Of a stretch of DNA of 64,000 bases, positions 46,162 through 54,936 are shown one piece after another. A program made the position numbers and the translations under genes. This DNA is from an uncultured Actinomycetota bacterium. Its GTDB lineage: Bacteria > Actinomycetota > Actinomycetes > Propionibacteriales > Nocardioidaceae. Where the stretch lies: NCBI GenBank assembly GCA_963781695.1, contig CAWAGE010000001.1, positions 79,127-143,126 of the forward strand, given 5' to 3'. Under the pieces are notes generated by a model, which saw only the letters and a list, made by a program, of their open reading frames with translations, was not told the DNA's origin and made no database searches. Within the stretch, counting starts at the first letter, position 1. Every line of letters starts with the position of its first letter.

Positions 46162-47157
46162 TCACTTCTTCCGTGCCAGCGCGACGGCCAGGATGATGAT
46201 CACGCCGCGGACGACCTGCTGCTGCGAGCTGTCCAGCCCCGCCAGGATCAGGCCGTTGTTGATCAGTCCGATCAGCAGCGCGCCGAACATCGTGCCGATG
46301 ACGGCGCCGCTTCCGCCGAAGAGGCTCGTCCCGCCCAGGATGACCGCCGCGATCGCCGAGAGCTCGTCACCGGCCCCCCACTGGAACCGACCCGACTGCA
46401 GGCGTCCGGCGTACAGCATCCCGGCGATCGAGGCGACGGTCGCGGAGATCAGCAGCACCTGGAACTTGATCCGACGCGTCTTGATGCCGGTGAACTCCGC
46501 TGCCGTTCGGTTGCCGCCGGTGGCCAGCACCTGGCGCCCGAAGCGGGTCTTGTTCAGCACCACCGCCCCGAGGGCCACGAAGACCCCGCCCCAGACGATC
46601 AGTCCGGGGATGGGCCCGAAGTCACCGCCACCGAAGGTCAGGTTGAAGGCGTCGTTGAGGATCGGCTGCGGTGCCGAGCTGGTGATCCACTGCGCCACGC
46701 CCGCGGCGATGCCGAGCATGCCCAGCGTGACCAGGAACGAGGGGATTCCCAGCATGCTGACCAGGCCCCCGTTGATGGTTCCGACCACGAGGCCGACCGC
46801 CAGGCCCGCCAGGATGCCGGGGACCAGTCCCCAGCTCGAGATCGCCATCGCGCACGAGACGCTGGCCAGGCCGGCCACCGACCCGACCGACAGGTCGATC
46901 TCCGCGCACGCGATCACATAGGTCATCCCGACGGCGATCACCGTGATCGTGGCGGTCTGGCGCAGGATGTTGAGCAGGTTGTTCGAGCTGAGGAATCCTT
47001 GGTCACCGAGAAGCACCGCGAAGAAGAGGAAGACCACGACGAACGCGATGTAGATGACGTAGCGGTGCCAGTCGACCCGCTTGAGGACGTCCAGCAAGGA
47101 CGTCGACGTGGTGGCGGCACCGGCATCTGCCGGGGCGGTACGGACGCTGTTGCTCAT
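46162..47157 (-). CDS. sugar ABC transporter permease (RbsC-like)
   Basis: IDLSVGS, IPSFLVTLG, TRFGR..ATGGN, AAVILGGTSL. Confidence 0.9.
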   Translation of the reverse strand: MSNSVRTAPADAGAATTSTSLLDVLKRVDWHRYVIYIAFVVVFLFFAVLLGDQGFLSSNNLLNILRQTATITVIAVGMTYVIACAEIDLSVGSVAGLASVSCAMAISSWGLVPGILAGLAVGLVVGTINGGLVSMLGIPSFLVTLGMLGIAAGVAQWITSSAPQPILNDAFNLTFGGGDFGPIPGLIVWGGVFVALGAVVLNKTRFGRQVLATGGNRTAAEFTGIKTRRIKFQVLLISATVASIAGMLYAGRLQSGRFQWGAGDELSAIAAVILGGTSLFGGSGAVIGTMFGALLIGLINNGLILAGLDSSQQQVVRGVIIILAVALARKK

Positions 47158-48662
47158 GAGTGCACTCCTTGCACAGCCAGTTGAAGGGTTTCCTCGTCCG
47201 CGATGTCGTGACGGGGCAGATCTGCTGAGACGGCCCCGTCGCGCAGGACCAGGATGCGGTCGCTGACCGCAAGGAGCTCGGGGTACTCCGACGAGATGAC
47301 GATGATCGCCTTGCCGTCGTCGGCCAGGTCGCGGATCATCTCGAGGATCTCGCTCTTGGTGCCGATGTCGACCCCGGCGGTCGGCTCGTCGAGGATGAGG
47401 ATGTCGGGCTCGGTGCCGAGCCACTTGGCCAGGACGACCTTCTGCTGGTTGCCTCCCGAGAGCAGCCGCACCGGCCGTCCCGGGTTGTCGGCCTTCACGG
47501 CGAACCGCGAGATCAGCCTGTCGGAGAGCTCCCGCGCGGCCGTCGCGCTCAGGAAGGGGCCCTTGCGGGTCCGGTCCAGGAGCGGCAGCAGCAGGTTGTC
47601 GCGCACCGAGTGCTCCAGCACCAGCCCCTGGGCCCGGCGGTCCTCGGGGATGAGGGCCAGACCGTGGGAGATGGCCTGGTGCGGGTTCGAGATCGTCACG
47701 ACCTTCCCGTGCAGCTTCAGCTCGCCGCTGTCGAGCTTGTCGATGCCGAACAGGGCTCGGGCGAGCTCGGTCCTGCCGCTGCCCATCAACCCCGCCAACC
47801 CGACGATCTCGCCAGGTCGCACCGAGAACGACACTCCGTTGACCCGCCTCCCGGCGCGCAGGTCGGTAGCCTCCAGCAGCGGGGCGGCCTCGGTGTCGTG
47901 ACCGCGGTGGCGATAGCTCAGCCCTTCGATCTTCTTGCCGACGATGCCCTCGACGATCTGCTCGGGGGTGACGTCGGCGACGTTCTCGGTGAGCAGCCGT
48001 CTTCCGTCGCGCAGGATGGTGATCCGGTCGGCGATGCGATAGACCTCGTCCATCCGGTGGGAGATGTAGATGATCGAGATCCCGCGGGCCTTGAGCCGCT
48101 CGACGAGGTCGAAGAGCGCCTCGGTCTCATGCTTGGCGAGGCTGGCGGTCGGCTCGTCCATGATCAGGACGCGGGCGTTCTGGCCGAGGGCCTTGGCGAT
48201 CTCGGTCAGCTGCCAGTACGCGGTGCCGAGGTCGGCGACGGTCGCCCTCGGGTCGACCTCGACCTCCATGTCCGCGAAGACCGCGCGTGCCCGGTGCACG
48301 GCCTCGCGGTCACTGATCAGTCCGCCTCTGCCCAGCGGCTCGGCGGTGAGGAAGACGTTCTGGGCGACGGTCAAGGTCGGCACCAGGCTGAACTCCTGGA
48401 ACACCATGCCGATCCCGGCTGCGCGAGCCTCGTGGATCGACCTGATCCGCACCGGCTGACCGCCGACCGAGATGTCCCCGCGGTCCATCGAGTACACCCC
48501 CTGGAGGATCTTCATCAGGGTCGACTTGCCGGCGCCGTTGCCTCCGGCCAGGGCGTGCACCTCCCCGGGCATGACCTCGAAGTCGACGTCGTCGAGGACG
48601 GTGGTGCCGTAGAACGCCTTGTGGATGCCGGTCATCTGCACGGCAGGAGTGGGGTGGGTCAT
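47154..48662 (-). CDS. sugar ABC transporter ATP-binding protein (RbsA-like)
   Basis: GNGAGKS, MDEPT, LSGGNQQK; two ABC domains. Confidence 0.92.
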   Translation of the reverse strand: MTHPTPAVQMTGIHKAFYGTTVLDDVDFEVMPGEVHALAGGNGAGKSTLMKILQGVYSMDRGDISVGGQPVRIRSIHEARAAGIGMVFQEFSLVPTLTVAQNVFLTAEPLGRGGLISDREAVHRARAVFADMEVEVDPRATVADLGTAYWQLTEIAKALGQNARVLIMDEPTASLAKHETEALFDLVERLKARGISIIYISHRMDEVYRIADRITILRDGRRLLTENVADVTPEQIVEGIVGKKIEGLSYRHRGHDTEAAPLLEATDLRAGRRVNGVSFSVRPGEIVGLAGLMGSGRTELARALFGIDKLDSGELKLHGKVVTISNPHQAISHGLALIPEDRRAQGLVLEHSVRDNLLLPLLDRTRKGPFLSATAARELSDRLISRFAVKADNPGRPVRLLSGGNQQKVVLAKWLGTEPDILILDEPTAGVDIGTKSEILEMIRDLADDGKAIIVISSEYPELLAVSDRILVLRDGAVSADLPRHDIADEETLQLAVQGVHS

Positions 48663-48729
48663 CACGAGCTCCTTCGGTCTTCCTGGGTGGCCGGCGGGGA
48701 GTGGGCCCCGCCGGCCACGTCCGGTGGTC

Positions 48730-49884
48730 CTACTTCTTGAAGGAGTCCACGAGGTCCTGTGGCGCGTCTGACTGGTAGACCTGCTTCCAGGCGTCCAGCA
48801 CGTTCGCGTGCTCGACCGGCAGCGCGCTCAGGGCGACGTAGGGCGGCGCCTTCTTGCCGATCAGCGCGCCCGCACCGAGCAGAGCCTCGGTGACGCCCTG
48901 GTCATAGGGGCGCTGGGCGCCGAGCCCGATCACGAGCTCGTCCTTGGCCAGGGCGATCGCCACGTTGGTGCCGAGGTCCTGAGTCGCGATCTTGAGGTCC
49001 GAGCGACCCGAGGCGCGGGCTGCCGCCATCACACCCTCGGCGGGAACGTCCCAGACCGCCCAGACACCGGCCAGGTTGGGGTTCTCGGTGAGCATGGCGT
49101 TGGCGGCACCCTGCGCGTCACCGGCGAAGTCCGGCCCGGCGATGCCCTTCTCGTCGGCGATCTTGATGTCGGGGTAGTCCGACTCGATCGTCTTCTTGAA
49201 TCCCTCGTAGCGCTGCTTGGTCACGAAGAAGTCGGCCTCGTGGTAGATGAGGCCGATCTCGCCCTGGCCGCCGAGGGCCTTGGCCATCAGGTGCGCCGAG
49301 GTCACGCCGTTGCCGTAGTTGTCCGCGGACACGACGGAGACGTAGTCCTTGCCGGCCTCGAGCCCCTGCGGGACGTTGTCCATGAAGACGAGCTTGGTGC
49401 CGGCGTCGGCCACCTTCTTGTACGCCGAGGCGGTCGCGACGGGGTCGGTGGGGATCGACACGATGATGTCCGGCTTCTTGACCATCACGGTCTCGAGGTC
49501 GGAGACCTGCTTGTCGGGCTTGAAGTTCGCATCGGTGACGGCCACGACCTTGATGCCGAGATCGGCGAACTGAGTCCTGAGCCCGTCGACCTGGGCGTTG
49601 GCCCAGTCGTTGCCGCCGTAGTGCATCACGATCGCGGCAGTAGCACCGAGGTCCTTGACCTGGGCGATCTCCTCGTCGGTGAGCTTCGCGGCCTCGGCCG
49701 GCTCGGGCTTCTCACCGTGGGGGCCCTTGCTCAGTACCTGGCCCTGGATCGCGGCGAGGGCCTTGTCGACCTTCTTCGCGACGCCGGGGTCCTGCTCGAC
49801 CGAGGACGTGTTGGCCGAGCTGCACCCGCTCAGGGCCAGCGCGAAGGCCGCGGCCGCGGTCGCGTAGCGGATCCGTGTGTTCAT
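48730..49884 (-). CDS. sugar ABC substrate-binding lipoprotein
   Basis: Lipobox LSGC; RbsB-like KQVSDLE, VSADNYGNG. Confidence 0.9.
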   Translation of the reverse strand: MNTRIRYATAAAAFALALSGCSSANTSSVEQDPGVAKKVDKALAAIQGQVLSKGPHGEKPEPAEAAKLTDEEIAQVKDLGATAAIVMHYGGNDWANAQVDGLRTQFADLGIKVVAVTDANFKPDKQVSDLETVMVKKPDIIVSIPTDPVATASAYKKVADAGTKLVFMDNVPQGLEAGKDYVSVVSADNYGNGVTSAHLMAKALGGQGEIGLIYHEADFFVTKQRYEGFKKTIESDYPDIKIADEKGIAGPDFAGDAQGAANAMLTENPNLAGVWAVWDVPAEGVMAAARASGRSDLKIATQDLGTNVAIALAKDELVIGLGAQRPYDQGVTEALLGAGALIGKKAPPYVALSALPVEHANVLDAWKQVYQSDAPQDLVDSFKK

Positions 49885-50744
49885 CGTGATTCTCCATCGG
49901 TGGTGGGGGCGGTGGTCGCGCCGGTCGTGGTCAGGAGCCGGTCGAGGTAGGTCTTGCTCTGGGCGGCGGCCTCTCGGGGATCGCCGTCGTAGGCGTCGAG
50001 CTCGACGATCAGCCAGCCGTCGTACCCGGTCTCGCGCAGCGCGTCGAGGACGCCTGCGAAGTCGATCTCCCCTGCACCCAGCGGCAGGAACTCCAGGGGC
50101 GACACCCGGGCGTCCTTCAGGTGGACATGACGGACGCGGTCCGGGTAGCGGCGGATCAGCTCGGCGGGGTCGCCGCCGCCGGCCGCGAGGTGCGCGGTGT
50201 CGGGGCAGAAGCCGATCCGGGTGTGGGGCAGCAGCAGGTCGAGCTCCTCGGGGCTCTCGACGATCGTCGTGAGGTGCGGGTGGTAGCACGCCTCGAGGCC
50301 GTGGTCCGACGCGATGTCGGTGACCTGGTCGAGGGCGGCGGCCAGGCGCTCGTAGTCCTCGGCCCGGGTGCCCGACGCTCGCCGGGCGCCCCCACCGACA
50401 ACGAGGTTGGAGGCCCCGAACCGCGCGGCGAGCTCGGCAGCCCGCGTCACCCGGCTGAGCTCCTCCGGGAGGATCTCGTCGTAGATGAAGTTGCCGCCGG
50501 TGTAGACGCCGACGAGCTCGACACCAGCCGACTCCAGCAGCGCGATGAGCTCCTCGGGGCGCTCGGCGAAGTCAGCGACGTTGCCGTCGAACATCTCGAT
50601 GCCCTCGTAGCCGAGGGAGCCGATCTCGGTGATGGCGCGGTCCATCGGACCGTTCACCCGGTACTGCAGGTCCTTGACGCTGGTGACCCCCACGGGGTCA
50701 CCTACGACGCCTCCCCAGGTGATCGTGTGGTGACCGACTCGCAC
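49881..50744 (-). CDS. IolE-like TIM-barrel sugar isomerase/dehydratase
   Basis: GHHTITWG, YHPH, CPDTAH, HVHLKD, IVELD; RBS AGGAGG. Confidence 0.85.
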   Translation of the reverse strand: MRVGHHTITWGGVVGDPVGVTSVKDLQYRVNGPMDRAITEIGSLGYEGIEMFDGNVADFAERPEELIALLESAGVELVGVYTGGNFIYDEILPEELSRVTRAAELAARFGASNLVVGGGARRASGTRAEDYERLAAALDQVTDIASDHGLEACYHPHLTTIVESPEELDLLLPHTRIGFCPDTAHLAAGGGDPAELIRRYPDRVRHVHLKDARVSPLEFLPLGAGEIDFAGVLDALRETGYDGWLIVELDAYDGDPREAAAQSKTYLDRLLTTTGATTAPTTDGESR

Positions 50745-50785
50745 GGTTGCCTCCTGTCTTATGTCCCTTCAGTGGGATTGGGCTC

Positions 50786-50827
50786 ATCTTAAGCACGTGT
50801 TGTGCAGAAGTCAACACCCACTAAACT
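50786..50827. promoter_or_regulatory. overlapping divergent promoters with a putative ROK operator
   Basis: Minus strand TTGACT (50809-50814), N17, TAAGAT (50786-50791); plus strand TAAACT at 50822; dyad CTTAAGCAC-N5-GTGCAGAAG (50788-50810). Confidence 0.65.
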
Positions 50828-50835
50828 TATGTACG

Positions 50836-52113
50836 ATGCGCCTCGACGAAAGGCAGGCAGATCCGATGGAACGAGCGCACGCGGTCTCCGTCCTGGCAGG
50901 CGAGAGCATCGAGTCCGTGGTGTCCGTGCTCGACGCCGTGCGCGTCTCCGGCGCGACGACCCGTCCCGAGATCGCACGGTTGACCGGACTCGGACGCAAC
51001 GTCGTCACGGACCGGGCGGGCCAGCTGATCGCCGCCGGTCTGCTCATCGAGGGTGCGCTGGGCCGCTCGACCGGCGGCCGGGCCCCGCGCGAGCTGCGCT
51101 TCAACGCCGCCGCCGGGGTGATCCTGGTGGCCGAGCTCGGGGCCACCGGCATCGAGGTAGCCGCTGCCGACCTGGCCGGCAGCATCTCGATGGCGCGGGG
51201 CGAGGCCGCGGACGTCACCCGGGGTCCGACTCACATCCTGGGGCGCGTGGCCGAGCTGTTCGACGAGCTCGTCGCCTCCCTCCCCGGGGACGCGCAGGTG
51301 TGGGGGGTCGGCGTGGGACTTCCCGGACCGGTCGAGTTCGACACCGGCACGCCGGTCTCTCCCCCCATCATGCCGGGCTGGGACGGCTTCGACGTCAGGT
51401 CGTTCTTCGCCACCCGCTACGGCGCACCTGCCTGGGTGGACAACGACGTGAACGTGATGGCTCTCGGAGAGCTCCGCGGCGGCCTCGCCACGGGGCACCG
51501 GGACGTCGTGCTCGTCAAGGTCGGCACCGGGATCGGGGCCGGACTCGTCTCCAGGGGCCAGCTGCACCGCGGCGCACAGGGTTGCGCCGGGGACATCGGC
51601 CACATGGCCGTGGGCGAGAGCACCGCGCAGTGCCGCTGTGGCCAGCTGGGGTGCCTCGAGGCGCTGGCCGGCGGGTATGCGCTGGGCCGCGACGGCCTCG
51701 ACCTGGCGCGCTCCGGGGAGAGTCCAGCCCTGGCCAAGGAGCTTGCCGCAGGACACGACATCACCGCGCAGTCGGTGGTCGACGCCGCGCTGGGTGGCGA
51801 CCCCGCCGCTCGCAGACTGGTCACAGAGTCTGCTCGGCTGCTCGGGGAGGCCCTGGCCCGGGTCGTGAACTTCTTCAACCCGTCGCTGGTCCTCATCGGT
51901 GGCAGGGTGGCCTCGGCCGGAGACCTCTACCTGAGGCAGGTGCGGCTCGCGGTCCTCGACCGATCGCTGCCGCTGGCCACTCGGTCCCTGGAGATTCTCC
52001 AGTCCCCGCTGGCCGACCGCGCCGGGCTCCGCGGCGCCGCGTTCATGGTGGTCGACGAGCTGCTCTCCTCGGTTGGCCTGTCCGGGCCTCCTGCGCAGGT
52101 GCAGGCCCGGTAG
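50836..52113 (+). CDS. ROK-family transcriptional regulator (alternative start 50866)
   Basis: N-terminal HTH, STGGRAP, DNDVN, GDIGH, CRCGQLGCLE. Confidence 0.9.
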   Translation: MRLDERQADPMERAHAVSVLAGESIESVVSVLDAVRVSGATTRPEIARLTGLGRNVVTDRAGQLIAAGLLIEGALGRSTGGRAPRELRFNAAAGVILVAELGATGIEVAAADLAGSISMARGEAADVTRGPTHILGRVAELFDELVASLPGDAQVWGVGVGLPGPVEFDTGTPVSPPIMPGWDGFDVRSFFATRYGAPAWVDNDVNVMALGELRGGLATGHRDVVLVKVGTGIGAGLVSRGQLHRGAQGCAGDIGHMAVGESTAQCRCGQLGCLEALAGGYALGRDGLDLARSGESPALAKELAAGHDITAQSVVDAALGGDPAARRLVTESARLLGEALARVVNFFNPSLVLIGGRVASAGDLYLRQVRLAVLDRSLPLATRSLEILQSPLADRAGLRGAAFMVVDELLSSVGLSGPPAQVQAR

Positions 52114-52742
52114 CGCTCGCGCGGGGTCAGCACGGCTGGGCGGACCGATGAACCGCCCGGGTTCGGCCCCGCTCCTTGTCTGGGTCCAGGAGGATGAACG
52201 CGATGCCGAAGGGCTCGACGACGAGTTGAGGACCAGAGCCGTCCGGCGGGCCCGAGCACGCCGTCTCGACATGGTGTGGGAGGTGGGCGCGTCAGGGCGC
52301 CGCTTGCCGACCGGCGCTCAGGCCATCTCGGGTGGTTGTCACTGTCAGAGTCGAAGCTGCCCGCACCGAGGAGTCGCTCGTGGCGCCTGATCGACACCAC
52401 CTCACGAGAGGCTGCGCACCGCGCCGGTCGACGAGTCGAGCCTAGGGCGGGCACGTTGCGCTCCTGCCATGCATCACCGTTCCACCTGATGATCAAGCGC
52501 GAGCAGCACAGCGGCTGGACGCGCCGCAAGCCGCCGCCGCGCCAGGCAACCAGCATGAGGGAGGAACCGCTCACGACCTACGAACCCTCGCGGGTATCCG
52601 AGTGAGCGTGCTCGCCTGCCTCGCTGGAGGTGCGTCTCGCGATGAGCCTCGTCGCCGCGCGTCGAGCCGGACATCCCGTCGATCCCCACAACCGGATGGT
52701 GACGCGGACGCGCGCGCCGGTGCGGGATCCTCGAGTGGCGGG

Positions 52743-53039
52743 TCAGTCATCCTCCGCCAGCGACCGCAGCGCCCGGTCCCAGCGCTCCCGGCGCTGCTCG
52801 AGGGTCTGCTCCCACCACGGCTCGCCCCGCTCCCCGAGACCGTGCTTGGCCAGGTCCACCCGGCGTCGTGCCGGCGCGGGGTCCTCGCCGGCACGGGTGA
52901 GGCGGCCCACCTGGGAGCGGGCGCCGAGCGCCGAGCGCAGCGCGGCGGCGACGTCCGCCGGCAGCGCCGGGTCCTCCCGCCGCCAGCGCCGACCGTCGAC
53001 CACCAGGTAGCGCGTGCCGTCGTCGCTCTCGTCGGCCAC
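52743..53039 (-). CDS. small hypothetical protein, copy 1 (98 aa)
   Basis: YLVVDGRRWRREDP..KHGLGERGEPWW; near-identical to 57146-57454. Confidence 0.75.
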   Translation of the reverse strand: MADESDDGTRYLVVDGRRWRREDPALPADVAAALRSALGARSQVGRLTRAGEDPAPARRRVDLAKHGLGERGEPWWEQTLEQRRERWDRALRSLAEDD

Positions 53040-53074
53040 GCGGATCCGCCCGCCGATCAGGACACGTGGGTCGG
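52753..53074. repeat. direct repeat, left copy (322 bp)
   Basis: Aligns to 57165-57489 with 4 substitutions and one 3-bp indel (compared by eye). Confidence 0.95.
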
Positions 53075-53113
53075 AGCGTGTCCACTCGCGCCGTCCCTTG
53101 CGCTTGAACGGAC

Positions 53114-53430
53114 GTGGACGAAACGGAACAGGTCAAGGCCGCTGTCGCGGCCAGGGAGTCGGATGGCAGCGTGCTATCGCGAGGTGCGGCGCCGAGTCGA
53201 CCGGGTAGCTCGCGAGGCCGAACGCTCGTCTCCCAAGCAGCCCAGCGCCGCGAACTCATCCGCGCCGCAACCCGATCAGGTCGCGCGGCTGTCAAAGGCA
53301 AGAGACGCCGCCGAGCTACGGCTGGTCGACGCGCTCAAACCGAATGCTCGGCGCCGGTCTCGATGTCCGAGAAGCAAGCGAGCGGGTCGGCGTCAGCTAT
53401 GCCCAGGCGCAACGACGCCTTCGCCATTCG
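53114..53430 (+). pseudogene. possible frameshifted HTH protein remnant
   Basis: Helical fragments in different frames: QVARLSKARDAAELRLVDAL, then MLGAGLDVREASERVGVSYAQAQRRL. Confidence 0.3.
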
Positions 53431-53472
53431 CGTTCCTCGGCATACGGACATGCCGAAGAGCGAGCGGTCGTA

Positions 53473-53787
53473 TCAGTGGGCCAGCTTGAGGCCGACCACG
53501 CAACCGATCAGGCCGACGATGAGCGCTACCTTCACAAGGCTCACCGACTCCGACCCGGTGACCATCCCGAACGCGACTGTCAGAGCCGCACCAATCCCGA
53601 CCCACACGGCATACGCGGTCCCGACAGGGAGACTTCGCATCGCGTGAGCCAGGCCGCCCATGCTGAGCACCAGTCCGACCAAGAAGACTAGGGACGGTGT
53701 GAGCCGCGAGAACCCTTCCGACTTGCCTAGGGCTACCGCCCACACGGCTTCGAGAACACCAGAGACAACGATAATCAACCACGCCAT
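53473..53787 (-). CDS. sugE: SMR-family guanidinium exporter Gdx (SugE)
   Basis: 104 aa, 4 TM, LEAVWA (conserved Glu), PVGTAYAVWVGIG. Confidence 0.92.
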   Translation of the reverse strand: MAWLIIVVSGVLEAVWAVALGKSEGFSRLTPSLVFLVGLVLSMGGLAHAMRSLPVGTAYAVWVGIGAALTVAFGMVTGSESVSLVKVALIVGLIGCVVGLKLAH

Positions 53788-53801
53788 GACGGACTCCTGT
53801 C

Positions 53802-53840
53802 GGCCGTCTTGTCGTGTCCGGGTACGGCTCCGTCGTCCGG
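53802..53840 (-). ncRNA. guanidine-III (ykkC-III) riboswitch
   Basis: Minus strand CCGGACGACGGAGCCGTACCCGGACACGACAAGACGGCC fits the ykkC-III pattern CCGGACGA..GCCGTACCCGG..GACAAGACGGC; immediately precedes the sugE SD. Confidence 0.88.
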
Positions 53841-54121
53841 CGAGCCTCATCGGCTCGTAGGCCGAGGATCTCACACGCCCATACGAGAGCACATTCGCGG
53901 ATACCCACTCTTGCCGCGTAGCGTGCGCTCGCAGACGCACAAACCGGACCCCAGCTGAGCAGACTGCTGAGTACAAGTAGCGACGGTCACCGCAGATCGT
54001 CCACGACACCGCCACCGACGATCTGCCACTCATGATCCAGTCGCTCGGGTGCGGTTCTCTGCGGTAGGCCATGTGAAAGCCGTCCCCCGGACACTCTCAT
54101 AACATTGGCCATATCGGTGGC

Positions 54122-54589
54122 ATGTCCACGCTCGCCCAGATTGCTCGCCGCTCCGACGCGGCGATCGGACAGGCACGCCGCGAATTGGTTGCCGCAGTGC
54201 GCGCAGCAGACGCTGCCGGCAGGACTCAGGCCGAGATCGCCCACGAGATCGGCCGCAGTCAACCGGCGGTCTCGCGGCTGCTTCGCTTCCACGGCACCGG
54301 CCCGCGGGCCCTGGCGCTGCGTAAGCACCGCGCCGAGGTCATCGGCCTGGTCGCGGAGGCCGGCGGTTCCAACGTGCGCGTCTTCGGCTCAGCTGCAACT
54401 GGCCGCGATCACGACGGATCCGACATCGACCTACTCATCGACCTCCCGCCGGCGATGGGGTTCCTCGAGGTCGCCCGACTCGAGCGACTTGTGTCGGAGG
54501 TCGTCGGCATACCTGTCGACATCGTGCCGACGGACGACCTTCGGCCGGACTTCGAGGATCGATTTCTCGGGGAGGCTGTGGCGCTATGA
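54122..54589 (+). CDS. HTH-fused minimal nucleotidyltransferase (MNT) antitoxin
   Basis: TQAEIAHEIGRSQPAVSRLL HTH plus FGSAATG..SDIDLLID. Confidence 0.88.
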   Translation: MSTLAQIARRSDAAIGQARRELVAAVRAADAAGRTQAEIAHEIGRSQPAVSRLLRFHGTGPRALALRKHRAEVIGLVAEAGGSNVRVFGSAATGRDHDGSDIDLLIDLPPAMGFLEVARLERLVSEVVGIPVDIVPTDDLRPDFEDRFLGEAVAL

Positions 54590-54936
54590 GCAGGACGATC
54601 GATGAGCTGCTCACTGAGGCGCTCGCCCACTTCGACGCGGCTACCAAGTACGCCCAGGTGACCGACCGGGACCCGCGGATGATCCTGGATGCCATGTCGA
54701 TCAGACTCGTCACGTCTTGGCCGACACCGGCTACGTCATCTGACGGGCTGCTCAGTTCAGAGGTCGTGTCGCACCCGCAGTGGCCAACGCGTCCTGGCGC
54801 AACCGGTCGAGCGCAGATCCGTTTCGCCCCGCACGTCATTGCACCATCGGGACAGAGTGGCGGCACAGCCGCCGCCATGGCGCGACAGCAACCCTCCCAC
54901 CCGCGGATCAAACTTCAGCCGATCAAGCCCAGTTGA
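54586..54936 (+). pseudogene. probable truncated HEPN/DUF86 toxin
   Basis: ATGA overlap with MNT. The first ~40 aa (LLTEALAHF..ILDAMSIRL) fit the DUF86 N-terminal helices; the remainder looks non-coding and runs into the convergent gene. Confidence 0.6.

Noticed and set aside
54880-54905. R-x4-H (RQQPSH) as an intact HEPN active site
   Set aside because: It lacks the RN context and lies in sequence with no other HEPN features; probably coincidental.
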